From: Smithellaceae bacterium
GTDB lineage: Bacteria; Desulfobacterota; Syntrophia; Syntrophales; Smithellaceae
NCBI GenBank assembly: GCA_963667845.2
Contig: CAXXVL010000001.1
Coordinates: forward strand, 1-64,000
Direction: 5' to 3'
DNA: 64,000 bases
The translations under genes and the position numbers were made by a program. Position 1 is the first letter of the stretch. The number at the start of each line of letters is the position of its first letter. Below, in pieces: positions 40,107 through 50,541 of this stretch. The notes beneath the pieces are model-generated. The model was not told the origin of the DNA, made no database searches, and saw only the letters and a list, made by a program, of their open reading frames with translations.

Positions 40107-41054
40107 TTAGAGACCAAAATGGCTCCCGATGTTTTCCGCTGTGCGGTCAACCAGCCGGCGGCGGGCTTCCAGGCCTGCCCAGGCGATATGCGGTGTGATG
40201 TAGAGCTTTTCTTTGTCGCGGACCCTTAAAAGCGGGCTGTCTTTCGCGATGGGTTCGGCCGCGAGGACATCGAGCGCTGCGCCGGCAATCCGGTCATCAT
40301 CAAGCAGGCGGGCCAACGCCTCCTCGTCCACAATGCCGCCCCGGCCCATATTCAAAAGGTAGGCCGTGGGCTTCATCAGCTTGAGCCGCGCGTCGCAAAG
40401 AAGGTTTCGCGTCTGCTCGTTGAGCGGGCAATGGACGGACACGACATCGGCCGCTGCCAGCAATTCATCAACCGGCAGGTGCTGGTAGCCGGCATCCAGA
40501 TTCTTTCCCGAGGTTGAGGTGTAGACAACCTCTGCGCCGAAGGCGGATGCCACTGCGGCCACGCGTTTGCCGATTGCGCCCATCCCGATAATGCCGAAGC
40601 GTTTGCCTGCTAGCTCCCCGAATTCGCGGCCGAGATGCGTAAACATGGGGCTTGCCGCGTACTGTCCCGATTTCACATAGTCGTCATAGTAGCGGCTGGA
40701 GTGGAGCAGATAGAAAAGCATGGCGAAGGTGCACTGCGCAACCGACTCGGTGGAATAACCCGCGACGTTTTTTACGGAGATCCCTTTTTTTGCGGCATAC
40801 GCCAAATCCACGTTGTTCGTACCGGTGGCGACGATGCAGATGAGCTTAAGTTCAGGACAGGCGTCCATGACATCGCGGTCGATGACGACTTTGTTGGTGA
40901 TGACGACGTTGTGTCCCCGGATACGCCCGATCCGCTCGCCTTGCGCAGTCAGTTCCCAGGACGTGTACTCGCCAAGCGAGGAAATCCTTGCGAGGTTGTC
41001 GACCCGGCCGATTGTTGCGGCATCGAGAAATACCATTTGGACCGGTTTGTTCAT
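40107..41054 (-). CDS. D-2-hydroxyacid dehydrogenase (glycerate dehydrogenase-like)
   Basis: GIIGMGAIG; HCPLN; NMGRG; TPHIAW. Confidence 0.93.
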   Translation of the reverse strand: MNKPVQMVFLDAATIGRVDNLARISSLGEYTSWELTAQGERIGRIRGHNVVITNKVVIDRDVMDACPELKLICIVATGTNNVDLAYAAKKGISVKNVAGYSTESVAQCTFAMLFYLLHSSRYYDDYVKSGQYAASPMFTHLGREFGELAGKRFGIIGMGAIGKRVAAVASAFGAEVVYTSTSGKNLDAGYQHLPVDELLAAADVVSVHCPLNEQTRNLLCDARLKLMKPTAYLLNMGRGGIVDEEALARLLDDDRIAGAALDVLAAEPIAKDSPLLRVRDKEKLYITPHIAWAGLEARRRLVDRTAENIGSHFGL

Positions 41055-41092
41055 GCCTTCCTCCTATTTTGTTGACTCCCTGAAAAGAGGAA

Positions 41093-41884
41093 TCAGGGTT
41101 CAAAACATAGATACCAGCGATAGCGGGTAACTTCCCGGAAACCCATGCGCGCATAGAGCGGCGCCCCGAATTTGCTCGCTTGCAGGATCACAAGCCCGGC
41201 GCCGCGCCGGAACGCTGCATTGACCGCCTCGCGGACGCAGGCCTCCCCGAACCCTCTTCCGCGGCTCTGCTCCAGGGTCCCCACCCAGTAAAGTCCGGCG
41301 ATGCCGTGCGAATGGAGTGTCATGGCGGCCGAGACAGGTCTTGCTCCCTCGCAGGCGACAACCCAATCGTTATGCGGCCCGAGGAGCCGCGCAGGCGTTG
41401 CAAAGATTCGTTCACAGACCCAAGCGGGCATGCCGAGACTCTGATAACTTTCTTTCGTAACGAAAGCGAAATCGAGTATGCCTGCGCGATCGGTCACGTG
41501 GCGGATTGTGATGCCTTCGGGCATCCGTTCTTCCGTAAACGGCCGATCGGTGACCATCCCCGGCGCCTCGGGGATCAAAATCATTTTTTCCCGGCGGCAG
41601 ACGGCTTCCAGTGCCTCGTCAGCATGCGCCCGCAGGTGGATACTGAAGGGCGATTTCCGTTCAAGATAAAATGACCGGATGTGATCAAATGCCGCCTGCG
41701 CACGGTCGGCACTGATGCTGCCGAGGGTCATTGCCGTTTGCGTGGTCGGGAAAGGACAGGGTCCTTTGGTCATCAGCAGATCATCCTGTTCCCGGATCTC
41801 CCCCGACGCGTTCCAACGCGTCACCTCCCGGGTATATTCCGCCAGGTTCAGATCACTGAGAACAATCCTGTCGTCCGTATTCAT
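41093..41884 (-). CDS. GNAT family N-acetyltransferase
   Basis: 'VGTLEQSRGRGFG'; 'LYARMGF'. Confidence 0.88.
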   Translation of the reverse strand: MNTDDRIVLSDLNLAEYTREVTRWNASGEIREQDDLLMTKGPCPFPTTQTAMTLGSISADRAQAAFDHIRSFYLERKSPFSIHLRAHADEALEAVCRREKMILIPEAPGMVTDRPFTEERMPEGITIRHVTDRAGILDFAFVTKESYQSLGMPAWVCERIFATPARLLGPHNDWVVACEGARPVSAAMTLHSHGIAGLYWVGTLEQSRGRGFGEACVREAVNAAFRRGAGLVILQASKFGAPLYARMGFREVTRYRWYLCFEP

Positions 41885-41906
41885 GGTTTTTCCAGTCGTC
41901 TGCCGG

Positions 41907-43286
41907 CTAGCGGTTTTCAGCGATGAATTTAATCGGCTTTACCATCTGTTCTTTGAGGATCTTCAAGAACTTTTTGCGAAACGGCGGAATCTTGGTGAGC
42001 GTCATCATCAGGGCGTTCATGCGCCGTATCTTGTAATTCTTCTGCGGAAAATCAAAAAAACCGTGTTTCTTGTAGTAGCGGTAATCGGCCTGAAACGTAA
42101 ACCGCAGCATTCCGTAAACCTCGTCGCGGAAAATCTTCCGGCCGCCGACGCCGAAGAACGTTGTGGCGTGGATATACCCCTCGGCAGCCGACTTTATCAG
42201 AGTGCCGGCCAATTCCTGGAGCAGCCGGTCAATTTCCGCGGAATCAGCCGCTTCATCCGTGACGATTCCCACCAGGTTTGCTTCCTGTCCTTCGCTATAG
42301 GCTTCAAGGATCTGGCGCAAGTTGGGTATTTGTCCAAGCGGTCCGGAAATCAGAAAGGCAATCTGTTTTCCTTTGAGGGTCGGCATATGGGTGTTGAAAA
42401 AAGAACGGTCGAAATACATCTTCCAGCGCGACGAGAGATACCGGTCGTGGATGGCGCCGGCAAAAACAACGATGTCCGCCTTTTTCACTTTCTCATTATA
42501 GAAGTCGATGTAGCCGTCCTTGCCTTCGTATTCGCAGATGTTGTCAAGCCCGCATTTACAGCAGCCCAGGCAGCCGCCCTTGATGTCGATATCCATCAGA
42601 TTGATGATCTCGGCGTCGCCGCGGAAGCTCCCCGCAAGCGACTGCACCAGCGCATCAATGCTTCCGGTAGGCTGCTGCCCGTCTTTCATGATCAGAATCC
42701 GCTTGCCCGCGGTATCGACACCCGCTGCAGACGTTCCGGCCTGATAGGTAAAACCTGATGCGACGAGCGGCGGATAGACGCGCATGGTCGGAATCCGACG
42801 CATGGCGGCGTCGGCAGAATTCCCGGCAAAGGCGATCCATCGTCTGCGTTCCTGTTGTTTCATCAGGTCATACATGGCTGCGGAATAAGCCCCCAGATAC
42901 TTCATCTGCAGGTCGTCGCAGATTCCATGGATGTAATTATGTGCGGTGTGATCAAAGAAATGGACCGACGTGGACAGCGACAGCGTGAATTTTCCGGCAA
43001 AAGCCGCTTCCTGCCCGCGCTCAAAGATGAGTTCGATAAACCGTTTATATTGCGAGCAGACAATCAGATAATACAGCGGAAACGACCACCACACAGCGTC
43101 CGCTTTTTTGACCGCGTCCAGGACATCGCCGAATGCCTTTTCATCTTTTTCGAGTTTCCGAATGGTCTGCGCAACATGAAAGATTTGAAAAGAGTGGTCG
43201 GGAAGTTTTTTGGCCGCAAAGCGGACATACTGGAGAGTTACGCTGAGATCCCCCTTGGGGCTGCCGTTCAAAACAACGATGTTCAT
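41907..43286 (-). CDS. NAD(P)H-dependent FMN reductase / iron-sulfur flavoprotein (two flavodoxin-like domains)
   Basis: NGSPKG; CLGCCKC..C. Confidence 0.8.
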   Translation of the reverse strand: MNIVVLNGSPKGDLSVTLQYVRFAAKKLPDHSFQIFHVAQTIRKLEKDEKAFGDVLDAVKKADAVWWSFPLYYLIVCSQYKRFIELIFERGQEAAFAGKFTLSLSTSVHFFDHTAHNYIHGICDDLQMKYLGAYSAAMYDLMKQQERRRWIAFAGNSADAAMRRIPTMRVYPPLVASGFTYQAGTSAAGVDTAGKRILIMKDGQQPTGSIDALVQSLAGSFRGDAEIINLMDIDIKGGCLGCCKCGLDNICEYEGKDGYIDFYNEKVKKADIVVFAGAIHDRYLSSRWKMYFDRSFFNTHMPTLKGKQIAFLISGPLGQIPNLRQILEAYSEGQEANLVGIVTDEAADSAEIDRLLQELAGTLIKSAAEGYIHATTFFGVGGRKIFRDEVYGMLRFTFQADYRYYKKHGFFDFPQKNYKIRRMNALMMTLTKIPPFRKKFLKILKEQMVKPIKFIAENR

Positions 43287-43842
43287 GATACCACCATCCT
43301 TTCCGTTAACCGGTAATCGGTTTTATCCTGCTAAACTTCAGGCCCTCATGGACGAAACAGAGCCATCCGGGATGACGTCGACCGCGCCGGCAGAAAATTC
43401 CGTTCACGGCCTCCACATCACCAAATAAAAGAAGTTTGTTTCTTCAGGCGAATGAAATTCACGATCATGTCTGCCGGCGGGTGCATCGGGCGCGAGACCG
43501 ATACGTCCGCAGGGTTGGGGATTGACGAAAAAACAGCAAAACGATTGGTCGACCGTATCGACGGTGCCGTTCGCGGCTTTGTCCCAGTTTCGGTAAGCAT
43601 CATCCAATTGCCGAAACATCTTTGCTTTTGCTTTCGCGGGAGTATTTTTTATCTCTGCTGATATGCTTTTTTTCATGCTCACAAGGCCAGAAGATTCTTA
43701 TCGAATTCATCGCGGCGGGAAATATTCAATCGTTTTCTTCGTCTGTTCCGTCCTTCTGAAAGGCAAGCAGTTTGCGCAAGAAGTATATGAACATGATGCA
43801 GACGTGTCAAGATAATTCAAGGGAAATTCCGCGAGAAACTGG

Positions 43843-43871
43843 TTGACATCAAAGGCTGTTTTCCTTATAAT
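43843..43871 (+). promoter_or_regulatory. Consensus sigma70 promoter for the usp gene
   Basis: TTGACA, 17 nt, TATAAT. Confidence 0.8.
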
Positions 43872-43936
43872 CACCGCGAAACGTTGTCGTAAGCAATACA
43901 TCAATTTTTAATAAAAATACTGAAGGGTGGGGGAAA

Positions 43937-44335
43937 ATGATGAAAATATTAGTAGCCTATGTGGGTGGATCAGAAGTTGCCAACCCTGTTCTGGAAGTGG
44001 CCAAGAAGCACGCGAAAGCCTTTAATGCGACGCTGTTTATAGCCAGTTCCATGGAACGCGTATCGGAAAGACAACAGGTGGATCTGGAGAAGATCGAAAA
44101 ACAGCTCGCCTATGTGAAAGAAACGCTGGATGCCGAAGGGATTTCCTGCGAAACCCATATTCTCGTGAGAGGGCTCACACCCGGAGAGGATATTGTGGAA
44201 TTTGCGATTGACAGGAAGATGGACGAAATCATTATCGGCATCGAGAAAAAATCCAAGGTAGGGAAACTGCTTTTCGGATCCAACGCCCAGTACATCATTC
44301 TGGAATCTCCGTGCCCGGTGGTGTCGGTCAAATAG
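43937..44335 (+). CDS. Universal stress protein
   Basis: KILVAY; 'LLFGSNAQYIILESPCPVVSVK'. Confidence 0.93.
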   Translation: MMKILVAYVGGSEVANPVLEVAKKHAKAFNATLFIASSMERVSERQQVDLEKIEKQLAYVKETLDAEGISCETHILVRGLTPGEDIVEFAIDRKMDEIIIGIEKKSKVGKLLFGSNAQYIILESPCPVVSVK

Positions 44336-44400
44336 ACTGGAGACAATTTCACGTCCCCGGCCGAATGGTTTGTCTTCTTTCGTCCTGACTTATCAAAAAT

Positions 44401-44439
44401 AAAGGCTTGCGCTCCTTCGAAAGAGCGCAAGCCTTTTTT
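44401..44439. terminator. Rho-independent (probably bidirectional) terminator
   Basis: AAAGGCTTGCGCTC-loop-GAGCGCAAGCCTTTTTT between convergent genes. Confidence 0.85.
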
Positions 44440-44466
44440 ATGGAATCCTCATTTGGGCCTGACCGG

Positions 44467-46167
44467 TTACTTCTTCCTCTTGGCCAGCTCTTCGGCTCTC
44501 AATTCCTTGCGCAGGATTTTGCCGACTGTGGATTTGGGCAATTCCTTGCGGAATTCTATTTCGGAAGGCAGCTTATAGGTAGCGAGCTTCGTTTTCCCGT
44601 ATTCAATCAGCTCTTCCGCCGTTGCCGTTTCTCCTTCTTTCAGAACGACGAACAATTTGATATTTTCGCCGCGCTTCGCATCGGGGATGCCGATCGAGCA
44701 GGCCTCCAGGACTTTGGGATGTTCGTAGTATGCTTCATCCACGTCGCGCGGATAAACATTGAATCCGCCGCTGATAATCATGTCTTTCTTGCGATCGACG
44801 ATATAGAAATAGCCGTCTTTATCCATGGTCGCGATATCGCCCGTATAGCACCAGCCGTCTCTGAGCAGGTTTGCGGTTTCCGTTGGCTGATTCAGATACC
44901 CCTTGGTTACCTGCGGGCCGCGGATGATCATCTCACCGGGCTCACCGATCGGCATATCGACTTCACCTTTATCCAGGTCGACGATGCGGCATTCGGTATC
45001 GGAAATGGGCAGACCGATCGAGCCGATTTTCCGCACGCCTTCGAACGGGTTGGTATGCGTTACGGGTGTCGTTTCCGTCATGCCGAAGCCTTCGACGATC
45101 ACCGCACCGGTTACTTTCTCAAAATCATGGATCACTTCCACGGGCAGGGGGGCGCTGCCGGAGAAGAAACCCTTGAAGCAGGTGAGATCGATCTTCTTAA
45201 AATCGGGATGATTCAGCATGCCGATATACATGGTCGGAACCAGAGCGCCGAAATTCGGTTTGAATTTCTTAATAGCTTCCAGAAGCGGCTCGGGCTGCGG
45301 TTTCGGAATGAGGATATCCCCCCATCCCATGAAGACGGAAAAATTCATTGCGCAGGACATGCCGAAGACATGGAAAATGGGCAGTGCACCCAGGTTGACA
45401 TGATGAGTACCCGTAAATCGCGGGAACCAGGCGCTGATCTGCTGCACCTGCTTGCTGATATTGCCGTGGGTCAGGATAACGCCTTTGGAGACACCCGTGG
45501 TGCCGCCGGTGTACTGATACATCGCCGTATCGTCAAAGGTTAGTTTTGCCTTGGGCGGGTTGGGCTGGGACTTGGCGATGCAGTCTTTCCACAGGAATAC
45601 GTCACTTGCCTGCTTCATGGGCTTTGCCGGCAACAGTCCCTTTTTCTTACCGACTAAGGGGAATAAAAGATTGACCGGAAACGGCAGATAGTCTCCAATA
45701 GACGTAATAATAATCTGTTTAACTTTTGTTTTGGGTCTCAGATCGATCATCCGGTTGGCCAGTAGATCGACCGTGATGAGGATTTTGGATCCGGAATCGT
45801 TGAGCTGATGCTCGAGTTCGCGGTCGGAATAGGTCGGGTTATTTAAAACTACAATAGCGCCAAGTCTATGGGTAGCGTAATAGGCCACGACACAGGGGAT
45901 CATGTTCGGCAGGATGATGGCGACGGCGTCGCCTTTTTTGATGCCCATGCCGGCGAGGCAGGTGGCGAAACGATCCACCATGTCTTTCAACGCTTTGTAG
46001 GTCATGATGTAGCCCTGGAAGTTCAGAGCCATGCGGTCAGGAAACTTAGCCGCTGATCGGTCCAGGATATCGGGCATGCAGATTTCTTCGTATTGAATTT
46101 TTTCAGGAACACCTTTGTCATAAGACTTTAACCACGGTTTTGACGCATAAGATACTTCTCCAGCCAT
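44467..46167 (-). CDS. fadD: Long-chain-fatty-acid--CoA ligase
   Basis: QYTGGTTGVSKG; EGFGMTE; TGDI; DRKKDMI. Confidence 0.92.
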   Translation of the reverse strand: MAGEVSYASKPWLKSYDKGVPEKIQYEEICMPDILDRSAAKFPDRMALNFQGYIMTYKALKDMVDRFATCLAGMGIKKGDAVAIILPNMIPCVVAYYATHRLGAIVVLNNPTYSDRELEHQLNDSGSKILITVDLLANRMIDLRPKTKVKQIIITSIGDYLPFPVNLLFPLVGKKKGLLPAKPMKQASDVFLWKDCIAKSQPNPPKAKLTFDDTAMYQYTGGTTGVSKGVILTHGNISKQVQQISAWFPRFTGTHHVNLGALPIFHVFGMSCAMNFSVFMGWGDILIPKPQPEPLLEAIKKFKPNFGALVPTMYIGMLNHPDFKKIDLTCFKGFFSGSAPLPVEVIHDFEKVTGAVIVEGFGMTETTPVTHTNPFEGVRKIGSIGLPISDTECRIVDLDKGEVDMPIGEPGEMIIRGPQVTKGYLNQPTETANLLRDGWCYTGDIATMDKDGYFYIVDRKKDMIISGGFNVYPRDVDEAYYEHPKVLEACSIGIPDAKRGENIKLFVVLKEGETATAEELIEYGKTKLATYKLPSEIEFRKELPKSTVGKILRKELRAEELAKRKK

Positions 46168-46576
46168 TTTAACTTCCCTCCTAAGTTTGGTTAAGACGAT
46201 GTGAATGAAGCAGACTATTTTGAACGCTGTCTTTTTTGTGATTAATTCCTGATCTTGATTCCTCCTCAGTATTGGATTTGATGCTTGTGTGAATAGAAAA
46301 TGAGTGCTTGCGGCCTCGGGCCGGAGTGACTTTTAGCAATTTTTTTTGGCAAAAGCCATAAAATATTCCTGCCGGGACGCGGCGGTCTTCATATCCGACG
46401 CTATTTCGAATATTTAGCTTTAATATTTTTTTTCAAGTGGTGTAAACATTGTTTCGGGTAATGCGCCGTGAAGGGTCCAAAGCAGGCTCAGCCCCTCGTT
46501 TTCTGTCTGCAAAACGCGGCCGCAAAGAGCTTGACAGAAGGATTTTTTTGAGGATAGTTAGAAAAATGGGGCGCTT

Positions 46577-46801
46577 ATGAAAAAGAAATCGCGAGATGTA
46601 GAAAAGACCTATTCGACGCCCGAATTTGTCGCCAAGCGTAGCCTTCTGGCCGATGCCCTGGAAACAGGCAAGCGCTTCACCATCGCGGTTGCGGGCGAGC
46701 GAATATCGGTACCTACCGGTGCTGCATTTAATGTGGAGCATGAACGGGACGGGAAGGACGAAGAAATTGAATTTCAGATCAAGTGGACCAATCCATCGTA
46801 A
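46577..46801 (+). CDS. Amphi-Trp domain protein
   Basis: 'LADALETG..ERISVP..VEHER..EEIEFQIKW'. Confidence 0.75.
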   Translation: MKKKSRDVEKTYSTPEFVAKRSLLADALETGKRFTIAVAGERISVPTGAAFNVEHERDGKDEEIEFQIKWTNPS

Positions 46802-46833
46802 TCAAATAAAATGCCCGGACGCCCGCCATTCCT

Positions 46834-47478
46834 ATGACTGCATTTGACATTCACATTCACACCAGGAGATATTCCGGCTGCTCCTTTATTCAGTTTGAAG
46901 ATGTAATCGGACAGGCTGTGGCGGCGGGGCTTTCCGGAATTGCCCTAACCGAACACGGCATGCGGTGGCCGGATGCGGAGTTCGACGCGCTGTGCAGACA
47001 GGGCGACGCGCAGGGGATCGTGTTGATCAACGGGCAGGAAATTCATGCTAAAGATAAACGAGGACGTTCCGAAGGAGAATATCTGATATTTGGTCTTGGG
47101 CGCAGCGTGACTGAAACAGTTGCGGCGGCTGATCTGATCGAGACCGTCCATGCCGAAGGAGGCATCGTCATCGCCGCGCATCCCTACAAGCTGTCGCGCG
47201 GCGGCAGGTCGCACTATTATGGAGCGGGGAATCTGGTATATCAATTGAAGCTTGACGGCATTGAGTTGTGCCACCCCGATCATAATGAGCAGGCGTTGGA
47301 AAAAGTCCGGCGGGCGATGGAAGAGCTGCATATTCCGGGTACCGGCGGCAGCGACGCGCATAAAATTCTGAACATCGGTGCTAATGCCACATTGTTCCAG
47401 AATCCGGTGCGCAGCGAAGAAGACTTTATCCGTGAGATCCGCGCGGGCAGAATCCGCGCGGAAAAACGTGAAACGTGA
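46834..47478 (+). CDS. PHP domain phosphoesterase
   Basis: DIHIHT, LTEH, AAHP, GGSDAH. Confidence 0.9.
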   Translation: MTAFDIHIHTRRYSGCSFIQFEDVIGQAVAAGLSGIALTEHGMRWPDAEFDALCRQGDAQGIVLINGQEIHAKDKRGRSEGEYLIFGLGRSVTETVAAADLIETVHAEGGIVIAAHPYKLSRGGRSHYYGAGNLVYQLKLDGIELCHPDHNEQALEKVRRAMEELHIPGTGGSDAHKILNIGANATLFQNPVRSEEDFIREIRAGRIRAEKRET

Positions 47479-47505
47479 ATAGTGAATGGTGGATCGTGAA
47501 TAGTA
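47464..47505. repeat. Degenerate heptamer tandem repeat (AAACGTG/AATAGTG type)
   Basis: AAACGTG AAACGTG AATAGTG AATGGTG GATCGTG AATAGTA spanning the stop codon. Confidence 0.7.
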
Positions 47506-47540
47506 AAGAGAGGCAGCGTTTTGCAACGCTGCCTCTCTTT
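47505..47540. terminator. Bidirectional rho-independent terminator
   Basis: AAAGAGAGGCAGCGTT-TTGC-AACGCTGCCTCTCTTT. Confidence 0.85.
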
Positions 47541-47550
47541 GATTTGAGGA

Positions 47551-48318
47551 TTATTCGCCGACGAAGTTGGGTTCACGCTTCTGCAGGAAAGCAGTGATTC
47601 CTTCCACGGCGTCCTTGCTGGCGCCCAGCTTCTTCGACCATTCGATGTCTAACTTCAGCCCTTCGTCAAAGCCTTTGTCCAGCCCCACGTTCATGCCGTC
47701 GAGCACGGCGGCAACAGCCAGCGGCGGCCGTTTCGTCAGCGCCTGGGCAAATGCCGTTGCTTCGGTAATCAGGTCGGCGGCCGGGACCACTTTGTCTACC
47801 AGACCGATGGCCAGCGCCTCGGCGGGAGAAAGCCGTTTGCTGAAAAGGATCATGTCGAGGGCTTTGGGTTTTCCCAGAAGTCTGGGCAGTCTCTGAATGC
47901 CGCCCCAACCGGGCGTAATGCCGAGATTGACTTCGGGCAGCCCAATGAAGGCTTTGGGGTTGTCCGTCATGATGCGGAAATGGCAGGCAATCGCCGTCTC
48001 ACAGCCGCCGCCCAGCGCATGGCCGTTGATAGCCGCAATATAAGGTTTGGTGGAGCGCGAGATCGCGTTCATGATCTCATTGCCGTTGGGGCCCTTCGTG
48101 ATGTTCGCGATGTCGGAGACATCCATGCCGGCGGAAAACCCTTTCTCTCCGGCACCCGTGATGATGACGGCCCGCGTTTCCTTGCTTTTTTCGATCGCGT
48201 TCACGGCGTCAAAAAATTCTTCCCGGATGCCCAGGTTGACGGAGTTCATCGGCGGACGATTCAAAACGATGGTGGTTACGAAATCCTTGGTCGAGACGAT
48301 AATGTTTTTGTATTCCAT
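47551..48318 (-). CDS. Enoyl-CoA hydratase/isomerase (crotonase family)
   Basis: FSAGMD; ALGGGCE; GLPEVNLGITPGWGG. Confidence 0.94.
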   Translation of the reverse strand: MEYKNIIVSTKDFVTTIVLNRPPMNSVNLGIREEFFDAVNAIEKSKETRAVIITGAGEKGFSAGMDVSDIANITKGPNGNEIMNAISRSTKPYIAAINGHALGGGCETAIACHFRIMTDNPKAFIGLPEVNLGITPGWGGIQRLPRLLGKPKALDMILFSKRLSPAEALAIGLVDKVVPAADLITEATAFAQALTKRPPLAVAAVLDGMNVGLDKGFDEGLKLDIEWSKKLGASKDAVEGITAFLQKREPNFVGE

Positions 48319-48404
48319 AAATTTTCTCCTTTCAGTGTTTGCCTATAGCCTTTTGGCTTCAGCCTTTGTTCTTTAATCTTTAACTAGAACCTTGAACCTT
48401 GAAC

Positions 48405-49283
48405 CTATTCCTTTCCCTGATGCACCAGCCGCACTCCCGGATGCGGCACTTCAAAATAAGGAACGCTGGCTCCGCCCAGGCTCCCGATAAATGCCGTCCG
48501 CCGGCCTTCGCCGCCGAAGCAGATATTTGCGGGGCGCCGGATCGTCACACCCTGCACGTCCTCAACGAATATTTCCAGTTTGCCGCACCGGTCGATAAAC
48601 CCGATCGCATTGGCCGCGGGAAACGCAACCCAGAGGTTGCCGGCTTCGTCGAAAGCGATGCCGTCGGGAAATCCGGCGGCACCCAGAACGGCAGGTCCAT
48701 AGACCTCCGCCGGGCCGACGCTGTCATCGGTGTTGATCCGGTAGCGCAGCACGCGGCGCTGCATGGTTTCGGCGACATAGACATACTCTTCGGCCGCATC
48801 CACAGCGACGCCGTTGGCAAAATAAATACCTTCGGCAACAATCTTCGGCGGCTTGCCCGGGGCAATCAGTACCAGGCAGCCATCCGGCACGGGTCGCTGA
48901 ATCGCGGCATCGACATCGGGGTTATCGGTCGAGTTCGAGATCCAGAGCCTATCCGCGAAATCCCAAAAAGGAAAGTTGGGTGTCGGCATGGGCCTTCCCT
49001 GGGCCTGTGTCATAAGGACGCTGTGATCGCCTGACGGCGCGAGGGACTGGACTTCGCCGTTGCCGATATTGGCGACAATGCAGTTGCCCAGAGGGTCGAG
49101 GCAAATCCCGTTGGGGAGTCCACCCAGGCAGCCGAAAAATGTCGTGCGGCCGTCCGGCGTGATGTGCGCACAGCGGCCATACGCGTCCGCCGTGTAAATG
49201 CTTCCGTCATCGAGGGCCATGATGCCTTCCGGGCGGGTAAGTCCCTTGCCGATCGTTTTTACTTCACATCCATTTTGTGCCAT
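48405..49283 (-). CDS. SMP-30/gluconolactonase/LRE family beta-propeller
   Basis: RPEG, PNGI, ANGVA, PDGIAFDEAGNLWV; start placed at MAQNG. Confidence 0.88.
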   Translation of the reverse strand: MAQNGCEVKTIGKGLTRPEGIMALDDGSIYTADAYGRCAHITPDGRTTFFGCLGGLPNGICLDPLGNCIVANIGNGEVQSLAPSGDHSVLMTQAQGRPMPTPNFPFWDFADRLWISNSTDNPDVDAAIQRPVPDGCLVLIAPGKPPKIVAEGIYFANGVAVDAAEEYVYVAETMQRRVLRYRINTDDSVGPAEVYGPAVLGAAGFPDGIAFDEAGNLWVAFPAANAIGFIDRCGKLEIFVEDVQGVTIRRPANICFGGEGRRTAFIGSLGGASVPYFEVPHPGVRLVHQGKE

Positions 49284-49285
49284 CC

Positions 49286-50467
49286 TCACATCCTTTCGAA
49301 AATAGTGGCGAGCCCCTGACCGCCGCCGATGCACAAAGAGCAGATGGCGTAGCGGCCCCCTGTGCGCCTCATTTCATTCACGGCGAAGATCGCGATGCGT
49401 GTTCCGCTCATGCCGTTGGGATGGCCGAAAGCGATGGCGCCGCCGTTGGGGTTGATCTTTTCCCGGTCCACCGTATGTCCCTGGGCTTCCAGCTCTTTAA
49501 CATCGGCCAGCACCTGGGCGGCAAACGCCTCGTTGATCTCAATGACATCCATGTCCTGCATGGTCAAGCCCGCGCGCGCGAGCGCCTTGGGTATGGCATA
49601 GGCGGGACCGATGCCCATGATCTTGGGGTCGACGCCGGCCACGGCGCAGGTGACCCAGCGGGCGCGGGGCGTGTAGCCCAGTTCTTTGGCCCGCGCAAGC
49701 GTCATGACGAGCACGGCCGCCGCCGCGTCATTGCGGCCGGAGGATGAACCTGCCGTAACAGTTCCGTCCTTAAGAAATGCCGGCGGCAGCGCGCCGAGTT
49801 TTTCCATCGTGGTTTCGCGCGGGTGCTCGTCGGTGTCGAAAATGATCTGCCCTTTTTTTTGCAGGACGGTGATGGGAATGATCTCCTCCTTGAAGTATCC
49901 GGCCTTGATCGCCCGGGCGGCGCGCTCCTGGCTTCTCATGCCGAAGGCATCCTGCTCATCGCGCGTCAGTTTGTACTTTTTGACCAGATTTTCGGCTGTG
50001 ATGCCCATGACCAGGGAGTCCTCGGGTGTCGGAGCGGTTTCGCGCCGGATGATCTGCGGCGGTGTCAGCGAATAGGCGGCATCCGCGCGCGGCAGCATCC
50101 ACGGCGTCTGGCTCCAGCTTTCCATGCCGCCCGCAATGTAGATATCTCCCAGGCCGGCCATGATCTGCGTCGCGGCAAAGTTGATGGCTTGAAGTCCGGA
50201 TGAGCACTGCCGTTCCACCGTAACGCCGGGAACGCTATAGGGCAGCCCGGCTTTGAGGACCGCCCAGCGGGAGGGGTTGTATGCGGCGTGCCAGGAATTG
50301 GACAGCCCCATGACCACATCTTCAATCAGGGCGGGATCGATGCACGTTTTGTCCACCAGTCCCCGGATCGCAAATGCCCCCAGTTCTTCCGGGCGAAAGC
50401 GGGCAATCGTCCCGCCGACGCGGCCGATAGCGGTTCGGACGCCATCTACGATGACAATTTCTTTCAT
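49286..50467 (-). CDS. Thiolase (acetyl-CoA C-acyltransferase)
   Basis: QCSSGL, NEAFAAQ, GHPNG, CIGGGQG. Confidence 0.95.
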   Translation of the reverse strand: MKEIVIVDGVRTAIGRVGGTIARFRPEELGAFAIRGLVDKTCIDPALIEDVVMGLSNSWHAAYNPSRWAVLKAGLPYSVPGVTVERQCSSGLQAINFAATQIMAGLGDIYIAGGMESWSQTPWMLPRADAAYSLTPPQIIRRETAPTPEDSLVMGITAENLVKKYKLTRDEQDAFGMRSQERAARAIKAGYFKEEIIPITVLQKKGQIIFDTDEHPRETTMEKLGALPPAFLKDGTVTAGSSSGRNDAAAAVLVMTLARAKELGYTPRARWVTCAVAGVDPKIMGIGPAYAIPKALARAGLTMQDMDVIEINEAFAAQVLADVKELEAQGHTVDREKINPNGGAIAFGHPNGMSGTRIAIFAVNEMRRTGGRYAICSLCIGGGQGLATIFERM

Positions 50468-50541
50468 GACTTAAACTCCTTTCACGCAATATTTGCAGGG
50501 TTTCATAGACGGATCATGACCAAAATCCCCCCGGATGTCAA

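Noticed and set aside
43404..43904. Short ORFs upstream of the flavoprotein gene
   Set aside because: Mutually overlapping with no family motifs; possibly a remnant but not supportable.
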